A stretch of 64,000 nucleotides of DNA from Marsupella aquatica (Eukaryota; Plantae; Marchantiophyta), in assembly GCA_973895155.1 (NCBI GenBank), contig OZ316894.1, forward strand, positions 1,566,457 to 1,630,456, written 5' to 3'. A model generated the notes under the pieces. The model had not been told where the DNA came from. It ran no database searches and was given only the letters and a program-made list of their open reading frames with translations. Both the position numbers and the translations under genes were made by a program. Shown one piece after another: positions 1 through 14,367 of the stretch. Each line of letters starts with the position of its first letter. Within the stretch, counting starts at the first letter, position 1.

Positions 1-2033
1 AGCTGCATTTGCTTCACCGTCTTCAACACCCCATCCATCGTTTGTGGACTGTTCCATGGTTTCGTCTCCTTCCCCCCACCCCACGGTCACACTGCCCTTT
101 GCTCCTCACCTTTTAGGACTCGAACGAGAGCTTCTAGTGACCTCCGGCCAGAGGAGGAAGTGGATTCAACAGGCCTATTGCGACATTAGTCTGAGACTGC
201 GAGCACCCACCTCTCCGGTCTCTGCTTTGCTTTCTACACCCTGTGCTCTCCTCCTCCGCCTCTGCATCTGTGATTCTCCACCGTCTGGAAGGACAAACGA
301 GTTATTGCACGGAAAACAAGAGATCACAACTGCAAACCCGGATGCAAGAAATGCCAACAACACAACAAGACCCTCAGTAAAAAAGAACGCAGAACACTGA
401 GACACACAGAGTGGAAAATTCATAAAAATACAGAGGAGGAATTACAAAAAGATCCCACGAAGAACGAATGGAAAGAGAGAGACTTCAGGACGTTTCGGAG
501 AAAAGGAACCCAAGATACTCTTGACCGCCCAATGAGCTTGATGCCACAGCCAAGAGAAGCTGCCTATACACAAGACTTTCTATCAGCAATTCATTAGACG
601 TGCACTTGATGAACAGAATCAAGAAATGCTTTCGGTGGGTTCTTCTGGGTTATATCAAGGACATTTAATTCAAATTTGCATTCTGTGAAAGAGAGACAGG
701 TCCTTCGCCCCCACACCTCCGCCCGCTGAATTGCCCGTGCACATTGCCTAGGATTAAAGGTTATGCAGCAGTCAATGAAATCTTGGCATGGCTGATTATT
801 GCCATTACTTTCCATGCTAGCAAAGCATTGAATAGCTCGCAGCTTATTCCACTGCCTCTTCCTACAGCTGCCTCTGTCCATGACGCCAACTTGTCACTAG
901 CTTCATTCGAACATGTCATAGTCTCTGGTGCACCTTAAAGTGTTCACGCAGCAAATCGTCTTTCTCTGTTTCTTGGCTTCGTTTGATACCTATTGGCCTT
1001 CTTATCCTCGCCCGAATCCCACAAATGCGTGTACTTTCAATTGAATCCGAGACTCAACTTTGCCACTGCTGTCGGATGAGTTATCTATCCAAAGATCCCA
1101 GCCAATTGGCTTTGAAAGCGAATCAAGGAATCCATCTGAATTACAATAGCAGCCAAAGCGAACTCGTCTCTGGAACTCTGCGCCTCTTTCCTCTATGCAA
1201 GCTAAACTGAGCTGCAAAACCATGAAAACCACATTCATTCCTTTCCCAGCTTGAATGTGAGTTGGGCAGCGCAGAAATTCACTCACCAACGAATGTCGAA
1301 CGGCTCTCCTTTCATCATGTATCTCATCGCCATGAGGCTGTTTCTTTCCAGTTGTTCACAGCACTCTCAGTTTGCTTCAGAATACCCAGAATGGAAACGG
1401 AAACCACTGACTATGGAATCAATGCAATCCAAACTCGCGCTCTCTTGTAACGGAACCCAAAGAATGAAAACGGAAGCCACTGATGATCGAATCAATGCAA
1501 TCCAAACTCAGTGTCTTGTAACAGAACTCAAAACCAACGCACTCTGGGAATTCCGAGAAGAGTCGAGTAACAACACCTCACTAAGCAACGTTCTTCGACT
1601 GGCATTGAGTGCTACAGACTCTCTACTATATGAACTGAATGCTGATTCCTACTCCCAATGGTGGCATGCCGAGAAGGAAGGGCAGAATGGCGGCTGCAAA
1701 GTTCAGAATAGTGATTACAGTTTGGATTGAGACTTGATGAGAGATGGAAGGGAGTTAGGATCGGGACTTGATGATGAATGATGAGAGATGGAAAGGGAAT
1801 TACCCCGCCGAATTTGGGTACCGTACTCGCAGTCTGGGTCGTTAAAATGTCCTCTCATCATAAAGAGAGGAAGTGAAGAACTTATTATTGCGGTACTGTA
1901 CTTCACATTCAGTTCTTCCTCTCATGAAGTCGTGATGACTGATGAGAGCTCCACCGTATTTGACATCCTCTGTGAGTGTAGCACATTCTACCTTCAACTC
2001 TTCCTGCGGGCATTTTGCTTCCAAAAGCCCAGA

Positions 2034-2130
2034 GATGCGGCATCCCGGAAAGTAGCGAGATTCAACACACTGGTCGACTTACTCCACCGGTAACCGCAGC
2101 GAGTCTCGCTACTTTCCGGGATGCCGCATC
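2034..2130. repeat. 30-bp inverted repeat (hairpin) with 37-nt loop
   Basis: gatgcggcatcccggaaagtagcgagattc (2034-2063) pairs with gagtctcgctactttccgggatgccgcatc (2101-2130) at 29/30 positions. Confidence 0.9.
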
Positions 2131-3788
2131 ACTAACCCCCATCCTGCCAATAGGAGTTGTTGCAGAATTTAAGTCATGAGGTTCTTGTAGCATAGGACCA
2201 TGGAGTTGTTGCAGCCCAAACAATCTCAGCCCAAACAAGCTGGAGAAACTTTCCTATTGATGATTGTGGCTAATATGCATTTGTAGTAACAGCTCAAAAG
2301 ATGGATAAAAAGTTCACCAAAACCCATTTTAACTATCATTTTTAATGATCCATTCAACACTATCAAAGGCTTAAATTACATCCAATTTGAAAGAGATGTA
2401 AGGATCATGAGAAAACAATGCCTGGGATGCCATCTCATTTCAAGTAGCAGATCATGATGAAAAGATCTGCCCTGGGTAGATATGCCCCCACTCCATCAAT
2501 CCAACTACTAAAAACAATTCGAAAACATCTGACGCTTGAGTTTTGGTCCCTCCATCCAAGTTTGTAAACATACAAGAGGAGTACTTTAATTTGGGATTCA
2601 AAATTAAAATAACTAACCCAAAAATATGGGCAAAGAACAAAGTTATCCAAGGTGTGCCAACAAATGCTTACAACAATGGAAACATAGACCAACACTTTGT
2701 ACTTCATATACACTCTCTACTGTAGTAGCTTGTGGTACTTGTTCAATAATTTGTAAGTCTTTCAGAAATAAAGCTAGTGCCAGCTTCTTACGTTACGTCA
2801 CTTTACTTTAATTTTACTTGACTTTAGTAATGGATAATCAAAGGTTGGTACTTTGTGCACTGTAGTTAGGGGGACTTTCCAAAAACAATATGATGGACAC
2901 TTTTTCTTTTAGACTTGGACTTCATCTCACTCGTTCTAAGTTTAGGGTGACCGGTTGTCCTTGACTGTAGAAGGCTTTTGGCGGTGTTTTCAACTTTGGT
3001 TGCCCGAGAGTCCTAAATTGCCGGCCTAAATGCATAGCAGCACATGTAGGGAATATAATGAATGCATTCCAAGAGTATACAAGTGAACAAAAAACTTAGT
3101 ATGGAATTTAATTTCTTCCACTCTTCTCAACCAGTCAGCATAGTTTTCAGCCCTGCCAACATTTTTGGAACTGGCTTTAATAACCTGGGTGCCAAATGGT
3201 TTAATTTAATTGACTATAATTGACGCAAACCTTATTACTACTATAGTAGTCATCTGGGTCAAGCTGCTCCATTGCAGCAGTACATGAATGTGCCAACCTA
3301 TATAACATAGCGTGGTCGTGAATAGTGTAATGACCTATTGTCTAGAGTGAAACCTCTAAACTGTTATTCTGAAAGAGAGCTACGGCTAGGGATGTAACTG
3401 GAAACAGGGCACAATGGTCCGCACCATTATTTATGAGCAACTTGTTTTTTTACTCCCTTACCACCAAACTAGTAAATTTTTTTAATAATGTGCCCTTAAA
3501 ACCCAAATTAACTATCACCTTTGCCTGCATTTTGTATGTGGGCTGGCTGAACCAGGTTAGACTACTACCCTAGAACATATGACACATAATTGGTATGGGG
3601 ACGTGTGGAGGCTTATAATTTGTCCAAGGCAATTCCTTTGACAAATTGGCTGGGTCACTATATCAAGGGTCCTACATCATGTGCAACTTTTTTAGGTCTG
3701 GACCCCCTAACTTATAAGTGAAATTTTAATTTTTCTTGCCCTTACTTAAATATTATGGTTATCCCTAAAAAACTTTAAGTAAAGTTTT

Positions 3789-3960
3789 GTGTTGATGTAT
3801 GATAGTCAGGACCAGAAATTCCCAGGGAAGTTACATATTTGTAGGTTTGGTCCATTTCAAGTGACTTCTATTTTTGAGAATGGTTATTTGTCTTTGGCTA
3901 CTCTACAGGGAGAGGAGTTTCTGACCAGAGTAAATGGATTTACAGTAAGGAAACACTATG
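3789..3960 (+). mobile_element. Ty3/Gypsy integrase C-terminal (GPY/F) relic
   Basis: Translation YDSQDQKFPGKLHICRFGPFQVTSIFENG...RVNG matches the Athila/Tat-type integrase tail pattern KFPGKL..RW.GPF.V..VF.NG...VNG. Confidence 0.75.
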
Positions 3961-6932
3961 ACTTGGAGCATGTCTTGAGATATAGAGTACTCCTGGGGGT
4001 TTGCTTACTAGTCCCGGGATTATGTGTGCCCCCTTAAAAGTGTCTAACATGTCTGTTAGGTAGTTTTCATGCTTATTAGGGAAATTTTCTGCAAAGTTGG
4101 GAGCTAGAATAGGGTTAATTTTCCTGCACCAAGTGTGAAAGCTAATTAACCAAGGTCTAGGAGGCTAAGGCCACTGTATTTGATTTTTAGTTAGAATTGA
4201 TGTTTTAAGGGCCGGTTCATTATGCTAATAGGAAGTTAGAGAATGAGAATCAATGGGTAGTTCTCGTTGCTTAGTTAGAATAGGTGACCAAGAGTGGACC
4301 AAAAGATGGGAACAGTTAACCTTGTGTCTGTGAGGGTCTAAAGAAGGCTAAGAAGTAATTAGAGGATTACTTAGAGTAATTAGACTTTTTTTTTTGTTTT
4401 TTTGAACAATTACTAACTTGTTAGATTTTCATTTTTTTCTAGGCTACTTCTACTTGTTAAAAATTCTGATGTTTTTCCACTCGATAGATTATAGGTAGAG
4501 GAACAGCCTGGTAAAATTTCAGGAAAAATAGAATTTGGGCTAGAAAATTAAAAATCGTGAAAATAGGTGTTTAGCAAGTTTGTGGCAAAGCTGCTTAGCC
4601 GGTTTGCCAAGAATACAAGAACGGGCACCGCCATGAGTAAAAGGAAGGCGCCTTGATGACCATTGTGAAAGACCACAAGGTCCTTATTACGGACCCCCAT
4701 TAGAGGTCCTTTCCAAAATTCCTGGTTCCACAGTGCGCCACATCATCATGGCATGTCACAAACAGGAAGGGACTTGTTTTTGGATAAAATTAACTTCTAC
4801 ATTCGTGTTTGTGGCAACTTTGCTGTAAAAACTAGGACGCCATGCCGTAAAAAAGAATGTAAAAAAATTGACATGCAAACTAAAAGATAAAAAGATTGAG
4901 GTAAACTGCTCCCAATAACGGTTTTATTTCCATTTTGATTTCATTCAAAACATAAAATTTTCCTGAAAATAATTTTTGATTTGACATTGTTGAGTCAAAT
5001 CATAATGAAAACTCACGTATAATATGGCGTTGGAAAGATCTTGAAGAAACGGTCGTGATGAGCTCAGAATTGTCACCATTCGATAAGAATTGAGTAAATA
5101 ATTTGAAAAATAGATTTTACCCGTGATTTTGTAATCTCTAATGTGAATAGAAATTTTGCTGTACAACCCCTGAAATGTTGACCCTTTCCATGAGAATAAA
5201 CCTAAAATTGATAGATTTTATCGAGTACTAAGGAGGTTATGAACTTTAGAATTTCTTTAGTTGTTTAATGAACTTAACATTGATAGATTTAGTTGATTTC
5301 TGAGGAGATTACAAGTTTCCAATGTTCTCTAGCTTTCTAATGAGTGTGACATTGGGAGATTTTATCAAGTACTAAAGTGGTCTTAAATGCTTAAATTTTT
5401 CTAACTTTCTATCCATTCTGAATTCCACAATTGGAAATTTTTTTCCATGAAATTTTTTGTCTTAAACAATTATGCAAGGTTAGTGATTTGATGACACCGA
5501 TGACTTCTCTCTCTTTGTCTATCTGCATGTAGGAATTGAAAAGTGATTACTTTCGATGCAACCTGAATGCATCTAGCATCCCTTCGATAACGTGAAGGAA
5601 ATCGATCACTATTTTGCTGAAGTGGGCAATTAAGGTGCCCACACATTAAACAATAGTTCACATTGCAGCTTGTTTTGTGATTGATGTTAATTATGGTTGT
5701 CTTGGTAAGTTAACAATTGTTTAAAGTGTCAAACATTGACTTGTCCATTTTTGAAATTGTTTCTTAAGATTGGGAGGTCCATCTAGGCTTTCTAGATAAC
5801 TGTCTCTAAAATAACATGGGGGTCCACGGATTAATTACGGTCAAGGAGGGCTCCATTGGAAGGTTCGCGTCCCATGTCTCAAACTATTGGCTCTGAACGG
5901 ACTGCTCGATGGAAAATTGAACTGGAGACCAATGTTTTTGCCAGACAAGTACATTGATCATGGCACTCTAGCAGATCAGCTGGAGAGGCAGGGCTCACAA
6001 CGTCCCACATTGCAGCCACAACAATGTCTATGTTGGGCCAGGCTCATGATTCTTTGTCATGGAAGAGTTGATTGATGGAGGATATCACTATTTTTTGTTT
6101 TGGGGTTGGAAGTGGAACATGTACATATGTCCTCTAAGTTTATTGGGCTGGATGGGAGTTTATGCTTTCAATGTTCTTTTGTCTTAATCTAATAAATAAG
6201 AAAGCAGTTGTTACGGATGATGCAATGCATCAATTAAAGAGTCAATGAGGCAATTCATGTAGCTATATGGGGATTTAGAACCTGAACCACTTAGAACCGA
6301 AATCCTCACTTGGGAGCTTCTCAGGTCCAAGTTGCTGCAAAAAAGTGCTCTACAAAATGCTCCAGCCATACAGTCAAGCAGTGAGAACTTCCTCCAACCT
6401 TGTAGATTTATGGCTTTCAATTTCATACAAGCCTCTTCTCAAACGTCACATGAGTTAAGCAGCCTCTATGGCTGAAGAGGAATACAGTCGTAGACTGCCA
6501 GCTATGCACAATATGGAAAGCTTCATACAATTTCAACAACATTATCTTGCACAAAGGCACGACAAGCACCATACATCCGTCGCTATCCCATAGGCCAGTC
6601 AAAGACTCCCATTCATTCTTCATTTTGTTTTAACATTGATATTATGATTTGATGTCCTGTCCTACTTCCTTGCAAATGCTCTTGAAGGCCGAAGGCATCC
6701 ACTTTGGCTATCAATATCGAATCGAGAGTACAGTTTTGTTTGGTGCGATATTGTTGTGGGTTTTTGCCAAGTAGTGGTATGTAACGCATGGAGGATCCCG
6801 GCTTCTCTCATGACAAGTTTAAATGTTTACAATACTGGTTTCAAGCGAGGTTAAAGGTCATCAGGTTGCAAGCTCCCATTGATGACATTGGTATAATGGA
6901 AAAGTTGGAATCACAAAAAGGACTATGAAGCC

Positions 6933-8432
6933 TGTGGTGGACCTAGCCACCCAGTGCCCTCACCAATCCCGACACCCACGCCTAAGTGCCCCTGGTGCCC
7001 AAACACCTCCATGGAATACCTCGAGCAAGCACCTTAGTGTCCCTTGCACCACCAGCGGCCCCTCCCATACGAAGCCACGCTTATTCTCCAACACGACCGC
7101 TACTCAACGGTCCTCACAGTCTGCACAAGCAACCAAGCACCTCGGTAAGTAACCCTTCAGGATCTAGAACTCCCAAGTCTAGCATCCTAACTCAAGCTCA
7201 ACAGACATTGGTAAATAGGTCAGCGATAGGTCCTCCCGATGCCATAAGCCGGAACCAGAACCCACGCCCACTATTCGTCCAGAACAACTCCTTCCTTGGG
7301 CGTAGCCTGGGTTCCCCCTCGTACCTATCCATCACCAACTGACCGCCTTGACCCCATGACATGCTCATGGCCCAAATAGCGTAGCTTGTCCTAAAGCTTG
7401 TCCCAACACGTCTGGACCAGAATGGCCCTGACTCTAGCAACCCGTCTAGCAACCAACTTCCGATTTGCCCCACTGATGGTCTAGGGACGAAGCACCCTTG
7501 GAACTCAACCTCCATGCCTACTTGGTCTTTCCTCCCCAACGCAAGCTCCCTTGAGAGACTGAACTCAGCTTGGCTGCTATTTCGGCAGGATTTGGCAAAC
7601 GGGAGTGATAACATCTGCAAACCTTGAGAACCTATGGCGTCCCCAAACCCAGATGAGCTCAAGAGTATGTAGTCCTCCTTGAGAGATTTCCAACGCACCA
7701 AAAAAATCCTCCAACGGACTTCCCTTTGGGAAGTTATCATCATTTCTGTTTGACATTTTCCTTTAGTGTCGCAATCGTCGTGGCTCACGACTTTGGCTCG
7801 CCCTTAGCCCCCAGGGAGACACCACTCCCCTCATATATGCTTTTGGAGACCTGCCACCCCTGGACCAACTTTGGTCCCTAAACTTTTGGACCCCAACCCG
7901 GACCCTATCCCACATAACTGGGGGCGTCACCAACTGGCAACGCCCATAACTTTCTCGTTAGGCGTCCGCAAGCGGAGTGCCTTAGCCCGTTGTGATCGGG
8001 CCAACCCAATGCTCATGCCTAGGCCCTCAAATTTCATTGCCGCTTGGGGCCCCCAATCGGCCCTACTCGGATCGGGCCATAACTTGCGCCCCCAAGCGTC
8101 CGTTGCCCATGGCATCAACTCCATTGGCCTTGGGCCCAAGAGGGGCTCTCAATCAAGTCCTCAGAACTCAAAGTCCGTCCAGGGGTCCGAACGGTCGACC
8201 TTGAGCCCGACCCTTTTCCCCCTTGGCCCAACCAGCTTTCAATTAGTCTAAGTGCCTAGTGTGTGTCACCAGCTTGGCGCCTTGCCTTCGCTAGTGCCAC
8301 GTCTCATTGCCCATAAGTCTCCCCATGCTAAGTCCTCCCCGGATGGCCTATCCGGGCCTGGACCATAAGGGAGTTTGGCGTCAGAGTCAGCGACGCCGGA
8401 GCTAAGTGTTAAGGTAATCGAGTTCCACGACT
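6933..8432. mobile_element. 1.5-kb solo-LTR-like element, family A copy 1
   Basis: Flanked by 5-bp TSD AAGCC (6928-32 and 8433-37). Ends tgtggtgga...tccacgact are imperfect inverted repeats. A second copy has the same ends and its own TSD at 26954-55931. Confidence 0.85.
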
Positions 8433-9046
8433 AAGCCCCATCTCATTTGTGACAACAAAACCGGTTGTCAAGGGTGAGCATGGGAGAACACTTAATTGAG
8501 GTTGAAGGAGGCCTGGATATTTATGACTACGGTCTTCCCCCCAACAGAAAGCCCGGGGGAAGTTCAAGCTAATAGATAGTAAGATTGGCCTGGTGCTTTG
8601 AACAATAGTTTGCTTAGGACATTTTCCCACATTTAGAACCAAATACCAAAACAAAAACTGTGTTCACGACTTCTCTCATAGAAACCAATAAATTTAAGTG
8701 CTGGATCGAGTGTTGGATGCATCCTTCTTAAATTAATTGCATCTTTTTTTAAACTGTCCAAATCCATCTAGTGAGCCAAGATTTTCTGTTCGCTATAGAT
8801 TGATGATTGCTAATGATTTGGTGATCTGTACGATGAACCCAATCAATCGTCAAAATGATTATTATCCATGTATTCTCAACCATGTGAAATACCATAACAA
8901 AGAGATAGTCTATGGATATTGTGTTGCTGGTCGGAATAAATAAAAGTAAGAGGAATCAATCTGAGGAATCAATTGACTCCTAGACTGGATAGTTGTTTTA
9001 CAAGAGGCGTTCAGAGCGATTTGTACCTTGAAGGGAGTAACGAGAT

Positions 9047-11534
9047 TGTCACCTGCTTATCAAACGATTTACACGACAAATACGTATTTACTCCTACTAA
9101 AATCGTTTGTTATCGTATGACGGGAACGTGGAGGGACGCTATTAGGATTCTATTGCATTTAGGATGAGTATGTTTATTTCCGCTCCCGGAAATGTAGTTT
9201 TTGATCAAGTCTACCAACTAGCCGCTCTGCTTTTGATCAAGTCCCATGGACTACACCACACACACACACTCCTATTGGTCGTTGGTGGAGTGCTGTCACC
9301 ACCCCTTCTACTCACATGGTTGACCAAACCGTGCAAGGATTCCTTAGACACTTCTTGGGGAAAGAACACAATCTTGAACCGGAAAAGATAACGTCACACC
9401 AAAACTTGAGGAATCAAACCAAATCCATATCTTTTGGCAAAACGTCGTAACACATTGCAAGGACAACCCGACCTCCCGCCGTTTGCCCAACTACTGCCTC
9501 ACTGGGGCAAGTGCTACACCTCTACCTCACTACTCTGGCTTGATTCCCTCTTCTGGCAATGAGCTAACTTCCCTAAGCAAACACTAGACTGAGTTCCCCC
9601 CCTCACTACTCCGGGGCTCTCCCCCTAAATACTGAAAAAAACACACCAAAGCACCCCTCACGAGATCACCATGGTGGCGGCCACCCTAGCGGCGCCGCTA
9701 AAACCCTGCATAAACTTTCACACAAGAAAATCCCTAATCCTAAATCATGCGGCACACACATGCTCCTAAAACCCTAATCTAACAATGGGACCGACGGTGC
9801 CTTCGACGGCGCCCCAACATCACTTCGTGAACCGTGAAAATACAAGTGACCCCATAATTGCCGAAACTAGGTGCCACTCCAATTGCACCTCTGAGCTCAC
9901 CCCTGGGTAGCCCTACTCCCCCTGATCATGAATCACAAAACCGCTCTCGAAATGGACGCCAAACGACCAAGTTATGGCCGTTTCAGTATCACTTATTTAC
10001 CAACTTCGTCAGGCCCTAACTTACTCACCCCGGCTCCGTTTGAGGAGCGCCGCCTCTTGTTGGAATCAGCTCTGCGAGCTCTTTCCAACAAGCCCATGAG
10101 TGCACCCTTCCAAAAAGTTTCAAAATCCAGAGGTCGTATGACAGGTCCGTGCGACTACCCTAGTCCTCCTCTTCACTCACGGTGCCATGGCTTGAGCCCC
10201 GTGAGTTGGTCTCCTCATCAGTCCTCCTCCTCCTCACTCACGGTGCCCTGACTTGAGCCCCGATCCTCTTGTTCGCCACCACCGGTTCGTTGTAAAAGAA
10301 GGGGGCCCCTATAATTATTGAAACTAAAATTTTCTTAGAATTCATTTCAGAAAACATATCTGAGGAGCCCTCCTCTTCCTGATCACGGCTCCATAAACGG
10401 TGCACAAAACGGAGGTCAAACGACCAAGATATGATCGTTTAAGTTTTTACGGGGCACCGTCTCCCTTCGTTTCGTCCGTACAACACGTTTCCCCTGGCTT
10501 TGCAAAACACGGATCACGGTTCCCCGTATGTGCTACTACCTCCTCCTTCCCTTGCAAAGCCGGGACCTCCTTCCGTACGGACGCCCGTACGGCCTCAAAA
10601 CCCTCGTATTCTCAAAAAATGCGATTTGTCGTATCTCCTCCGTCTTAGCTTCGTTTCGGCGCTATGACACATCGTTGGATTCAGCTCGGCGAGCTCTTTC
10701 CAACAAGCCCATAGACTCCTGATTTTGAGATGATAAAAATCTGATGTTTGTACAACCAGGGTCCGGACACACGTTCAAAGCAAGCACAAGAGGGAAAGGG
10801 TTTAGGTATGGGTGGAAACCCCACAAGTGAGAATAGAGAAAGAAGAGAAGGAAGAAAGTGTGAGGGCCCCTTCTACGGATGTGTTCTTCTACAGAGTGCC
10901 CCTCTACGGAGTGGGGAAGGGAAAGAGAACAAAAACCATGTGAGGACCACACAAAGGTTGAAGGGGAACACAAGTGTGAGAACCCATTCCTTCTAAGGGC
11001 CCTCCCACCATCACTACTCCAAGATTGCCTAGTTTGTTGTTTTACGGGCGTTGAGGTCCCTCGAGATGTCACTGTTTGATATAGACCTAAAATCAACTAG
11101 AGAACCTCAGTTTCGCATGGGGCTCATTGAGGGCTTCAAAATGAATCCAAACATGACCATGTTTGGAATAGTACTAGCGCAGAAACTTCTGTTTTAAGTT
11201 TCAACGTTTGCTATATTTTGGTCATTCTTCCCGTTTTGCGCCTTACGTGGAGCCTCCGACCAGCCCCCACCCCTCCAAGATGCCCACACCTTGGCTCCAA
11301 GTCCTTGGGCTGCCTTGTGGCCTCCTTGTACCCCCTCAATGGTTCCCTTGTCATACATCACCGCCCGACACCCCTCTCAACTCCGGCCTCCGGTTGTCGC
11401 ATCCATTTATTAGAACTAACAAAAATAAAAAATTTGAAAATCCAAACACTTTTACTACACATACTTGTCTTTCTACTTATATACGCAATTATAAGTCATC
11501 ATTAAGTTACTACCGGGTTTGGGGCCCTGTCACA
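9047..11534. mobile_element. 2.5-kb solo LTR
   Basis: TGTCAC...TGTCACA ends with 5-bp TSD GAGAT (9042-46 and 11535-39). Internal duplicated motifs (aaacgaccaag; cgagctctttccaacaagcccat at ~10075 and ~10690). No coding domains. Confidence 0.85.
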
Positions 11535-12613
11535 GAGATGCAGCTAACACCACTATACTTAAATGAAAATCAGGAGGGAAACAATTTGATCACTCAAACA
11601 GTTGCTCATGGGCATGACACTGGTATCAATGGATGAATGAATTGATTTAATTGTCCACACATCTCCTTCCCTGAGGGCCATTGGCCAAAATCAAGAGAGT
11701 AGTATTTAATAAAAACAATAGGGAACAATCAACTTTGAGAAACCTGCTTACGAGGACAATACGTTTGGCCATCTTTCCCAACCACTATTGGATCCTAACA
11801 GGTCTGTGTGCATTTCAGTCTTTTACAGCCCTACCAAGGGAGTTTACAAAGCAAAAGAACACCACTATGGGCATTTACATTATCTGGATATATCAAGATA
11901 TATCTTTGAACAGAGAAGGGAATGGCAGTCTCGGGACAATCTTCTTCACTAGCTCTTCAGGGAAATCCTCTCCTCCATTCTTTGTCTCCAACTGGCTAGA
12001 ATTGCCACTGCCGCTGGTACGTTACCCCTTGCCATCTCTTCCCACTCTCCATCTGAGTGCCATTAGACATCATTGAACAAGATAGAATTGAGTTTTGGAG
12101 CTGGACCACCGCATCAGCTGTCCAGGCTATGAATTTGGATAAACCCCAACTTCTCTTAAGAGTGGGAATTGAGTTTGAGAAGCAAAGGACCACATCAACT
12201 ACTGTACACAACTGAGAATTCAAATCCAACTTCCCAGGGATGAAATGGGGGAAAAGAGAGCATCAATTGGGTTCATCACGAAGTTGATGCTCCGACTTGC
12301 ATGAATTAAGTTGGCACCAACTTGGAACGGGAAGGAGATTTCAGCATTCTCCACTGCCATTGTTTCCAAAGTGGCAATTATTGGCGTTACCTAACGGATC
12401 TGGATGAGAAATCCGTGGGAACTGGGAACTCTCTTCTACTGCTCTTACTTGCCGCCCTCTTTCATTCTTTGTTAATAAAAAATTCCCAAAGTTGCTCTAC
12501 TGGAAGAGACGTGTCTGCAAAGCAGGGTCCTGAACAAGCAAGACAGGCCTCTAATTTACAACCCTGGGTTGTGACTTATAGCGTTGGAGTGTAATTATGA
12601 AGCAGGCTGTGAG

Positions 12614-12930
12614 TTCCAGTTTACACTTCTTGATGACTGTTTACATGGGTGTTGTTCAACCTAGTAATATGCTGGGGTGTCAATTTTGGTGACCTCTTGC
12701 AAAACATGTCCACCTCTTGCAAAATAAGTCCTCTATATCGGTTTCAGTTTACACTTCTTGATGACTGTTTACTTGGGCGTTGTTCAACCTAGTAAGGGGT
12801 GTCAATTTTGATGACCTCTTGCAAAACATGTCCACCTCTAAATATAGGCTTCACTTTACACTTCTCGATGACTGTTTAAGTGGGCCTTGTCCAACCTAGT
12901 AAGGTCTGTCAATTTTGGTGACCTCTTGCA
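12614..12930. repeat. Three-copy ~110-130 bp tandem repeat
   Basis: The unit tttacacttcttgatgactgttta...caacctagtaa...tgtcaattttggtgacctcttgca occurs three times. Confidence 0.85.
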
Positions 12931-14318
12931 TCAGTCCTGAAAACAATATATGAGAGAGAGATCATAAAGAGTAGCTTATACACACCCAGTCAAGGCCACC
13001 GTCAAAACGAGACCATATCCACACAAAGCATATGGTTTAGTCACACAGATTGGTAGAGGGAGTATCTTTATTGGATATGATATCCACCAGATCATTCATG
13101 TCAGAAATTCACAAGTTACCGAATGCACATGGTATGTCATGGGAGGACAAATAGAAGTTTGATACGCAGTAAACAAAAGGGTCATACGAAAAGGAGTTAT
13201 ATTCCAAGTAAGTAATATGAAAAGATAAAGTAGTGACATCATGATATGTGTTGTAACAGAACAGAGCAGTATGAGATGTGTGTATTCATGCGTCATTGAG
13301 AAATATTTAATCAAAGTTAAAAAAATCAGGAGAAAAAGATACGTCACAAGTATTAGCATAGAGGTAACTCTGCATTGTGGATGACAGCACCAGAAAGAGA
13401 TAAGCATAGGTTAGTATTGAGACAAACATTTGAAGAAAAAATATCTTTCCTTTACAATAAAGACTTGTCTTGATCAGATCAAGCCAGAAGGTAGCGGTTC
13501 ATCATATCTGTCTGTCATACAGATTGATGTAGACCATCATCCTGAACTGAAAATGTAGGTGACACGGGCTACATTGCAGGCCCCATGGTCGTCTTTCAGC
13601 CCCCATCCATGGGGAGAATCCAGTCAAACTTAGGACAGATTCAAGCTACACGTTTCTGCTACCAAAGCCCAGGCGGTAACGGGGAGACGCGTAATCAGTT
13701 CAAGGCTAGCACAAGAAATATAAAAGAAATCATACAGCATAGAAAAAAACAAGGTCATACCTGTTGTGCCCAGGCCATTTTTCGTGTACTGGAGTTGTGT
13801 AATCTGAGGTCTGGTTGATTGACTTGGTCACCTTGAGTATGATGTACTTAGAAAAACTATATCACAAGCATCTATTGGGGCAGAGCATGGGCACAGAGTA
13901 CATGGCAGGAGAATGTCCTGGCCCACGTAGTGCAGTGTGTGAACAGAACATTGGAAATGATGTTAGTGCAAGATACCAGAGTGTTGTGCCAAGAGAATAA
14001 TTGTAGAGAGTGAACAGTGCGCTTTTAAAGAAGGTTGCGTAGGTCCTGAGATATTTTAGGTTTTCTTTGTGGGGTCCGAAACCCTATGGAGACCGTAAGA
14101 TCTAGGGTATTTTATTTGAGTGGTAGATGTACTAACATCTCTTAGCGTTAAGATCGAGTGGTGGTGCATGTGTCAGAAAATTAGTATATTTATTTATGTG
14201 CATAAATGTAAGTGTAAGTTAAAAATACTTATATTTTATATGTATAAACATGTCCGACATTGGTTTTGAGGTATTTCTATAATACTGATTTAAAGTGGGT
14301 AATTCGATTTTCTTTTGT

Positions 14319-14320
<2 letters not shown>

Positions 14321-14366
<46 letters not shown>
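14321..14366. repeat. (AG)23 microsatellite
   Basis: Read directly from the sequence. Confidence 0.95.

Positions 14367-14367
<1 letters not shown>

Noticed and set aside
1-57. Possible gene start on the minus strand (MEQSTNDGWGVEDGEANAA) running off the window
   Set aside because: Too short to evaluate
594-1000. Possible decayed trihelix/Myb-SANT coding relic (MDRGSCRKRQWNKL) on the minus strand
   Set aside because: Only a short motif resemblance across broken frames; cannot be supported without a profile search
3695-3730. gaccccctaactt motif shared with the giant element's right subterminal region (~55348)
   Set aside because: A 13-bp match without an adjacent TIR or TSD; may be chance or an unrecognisable relic
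5800-12600. Possible highly decayed LINE hosting the two left-hand solo LTRs
   Set aside because: Only weak hints (for example RAFCWG); no recognisable RT or endonuclease motifs
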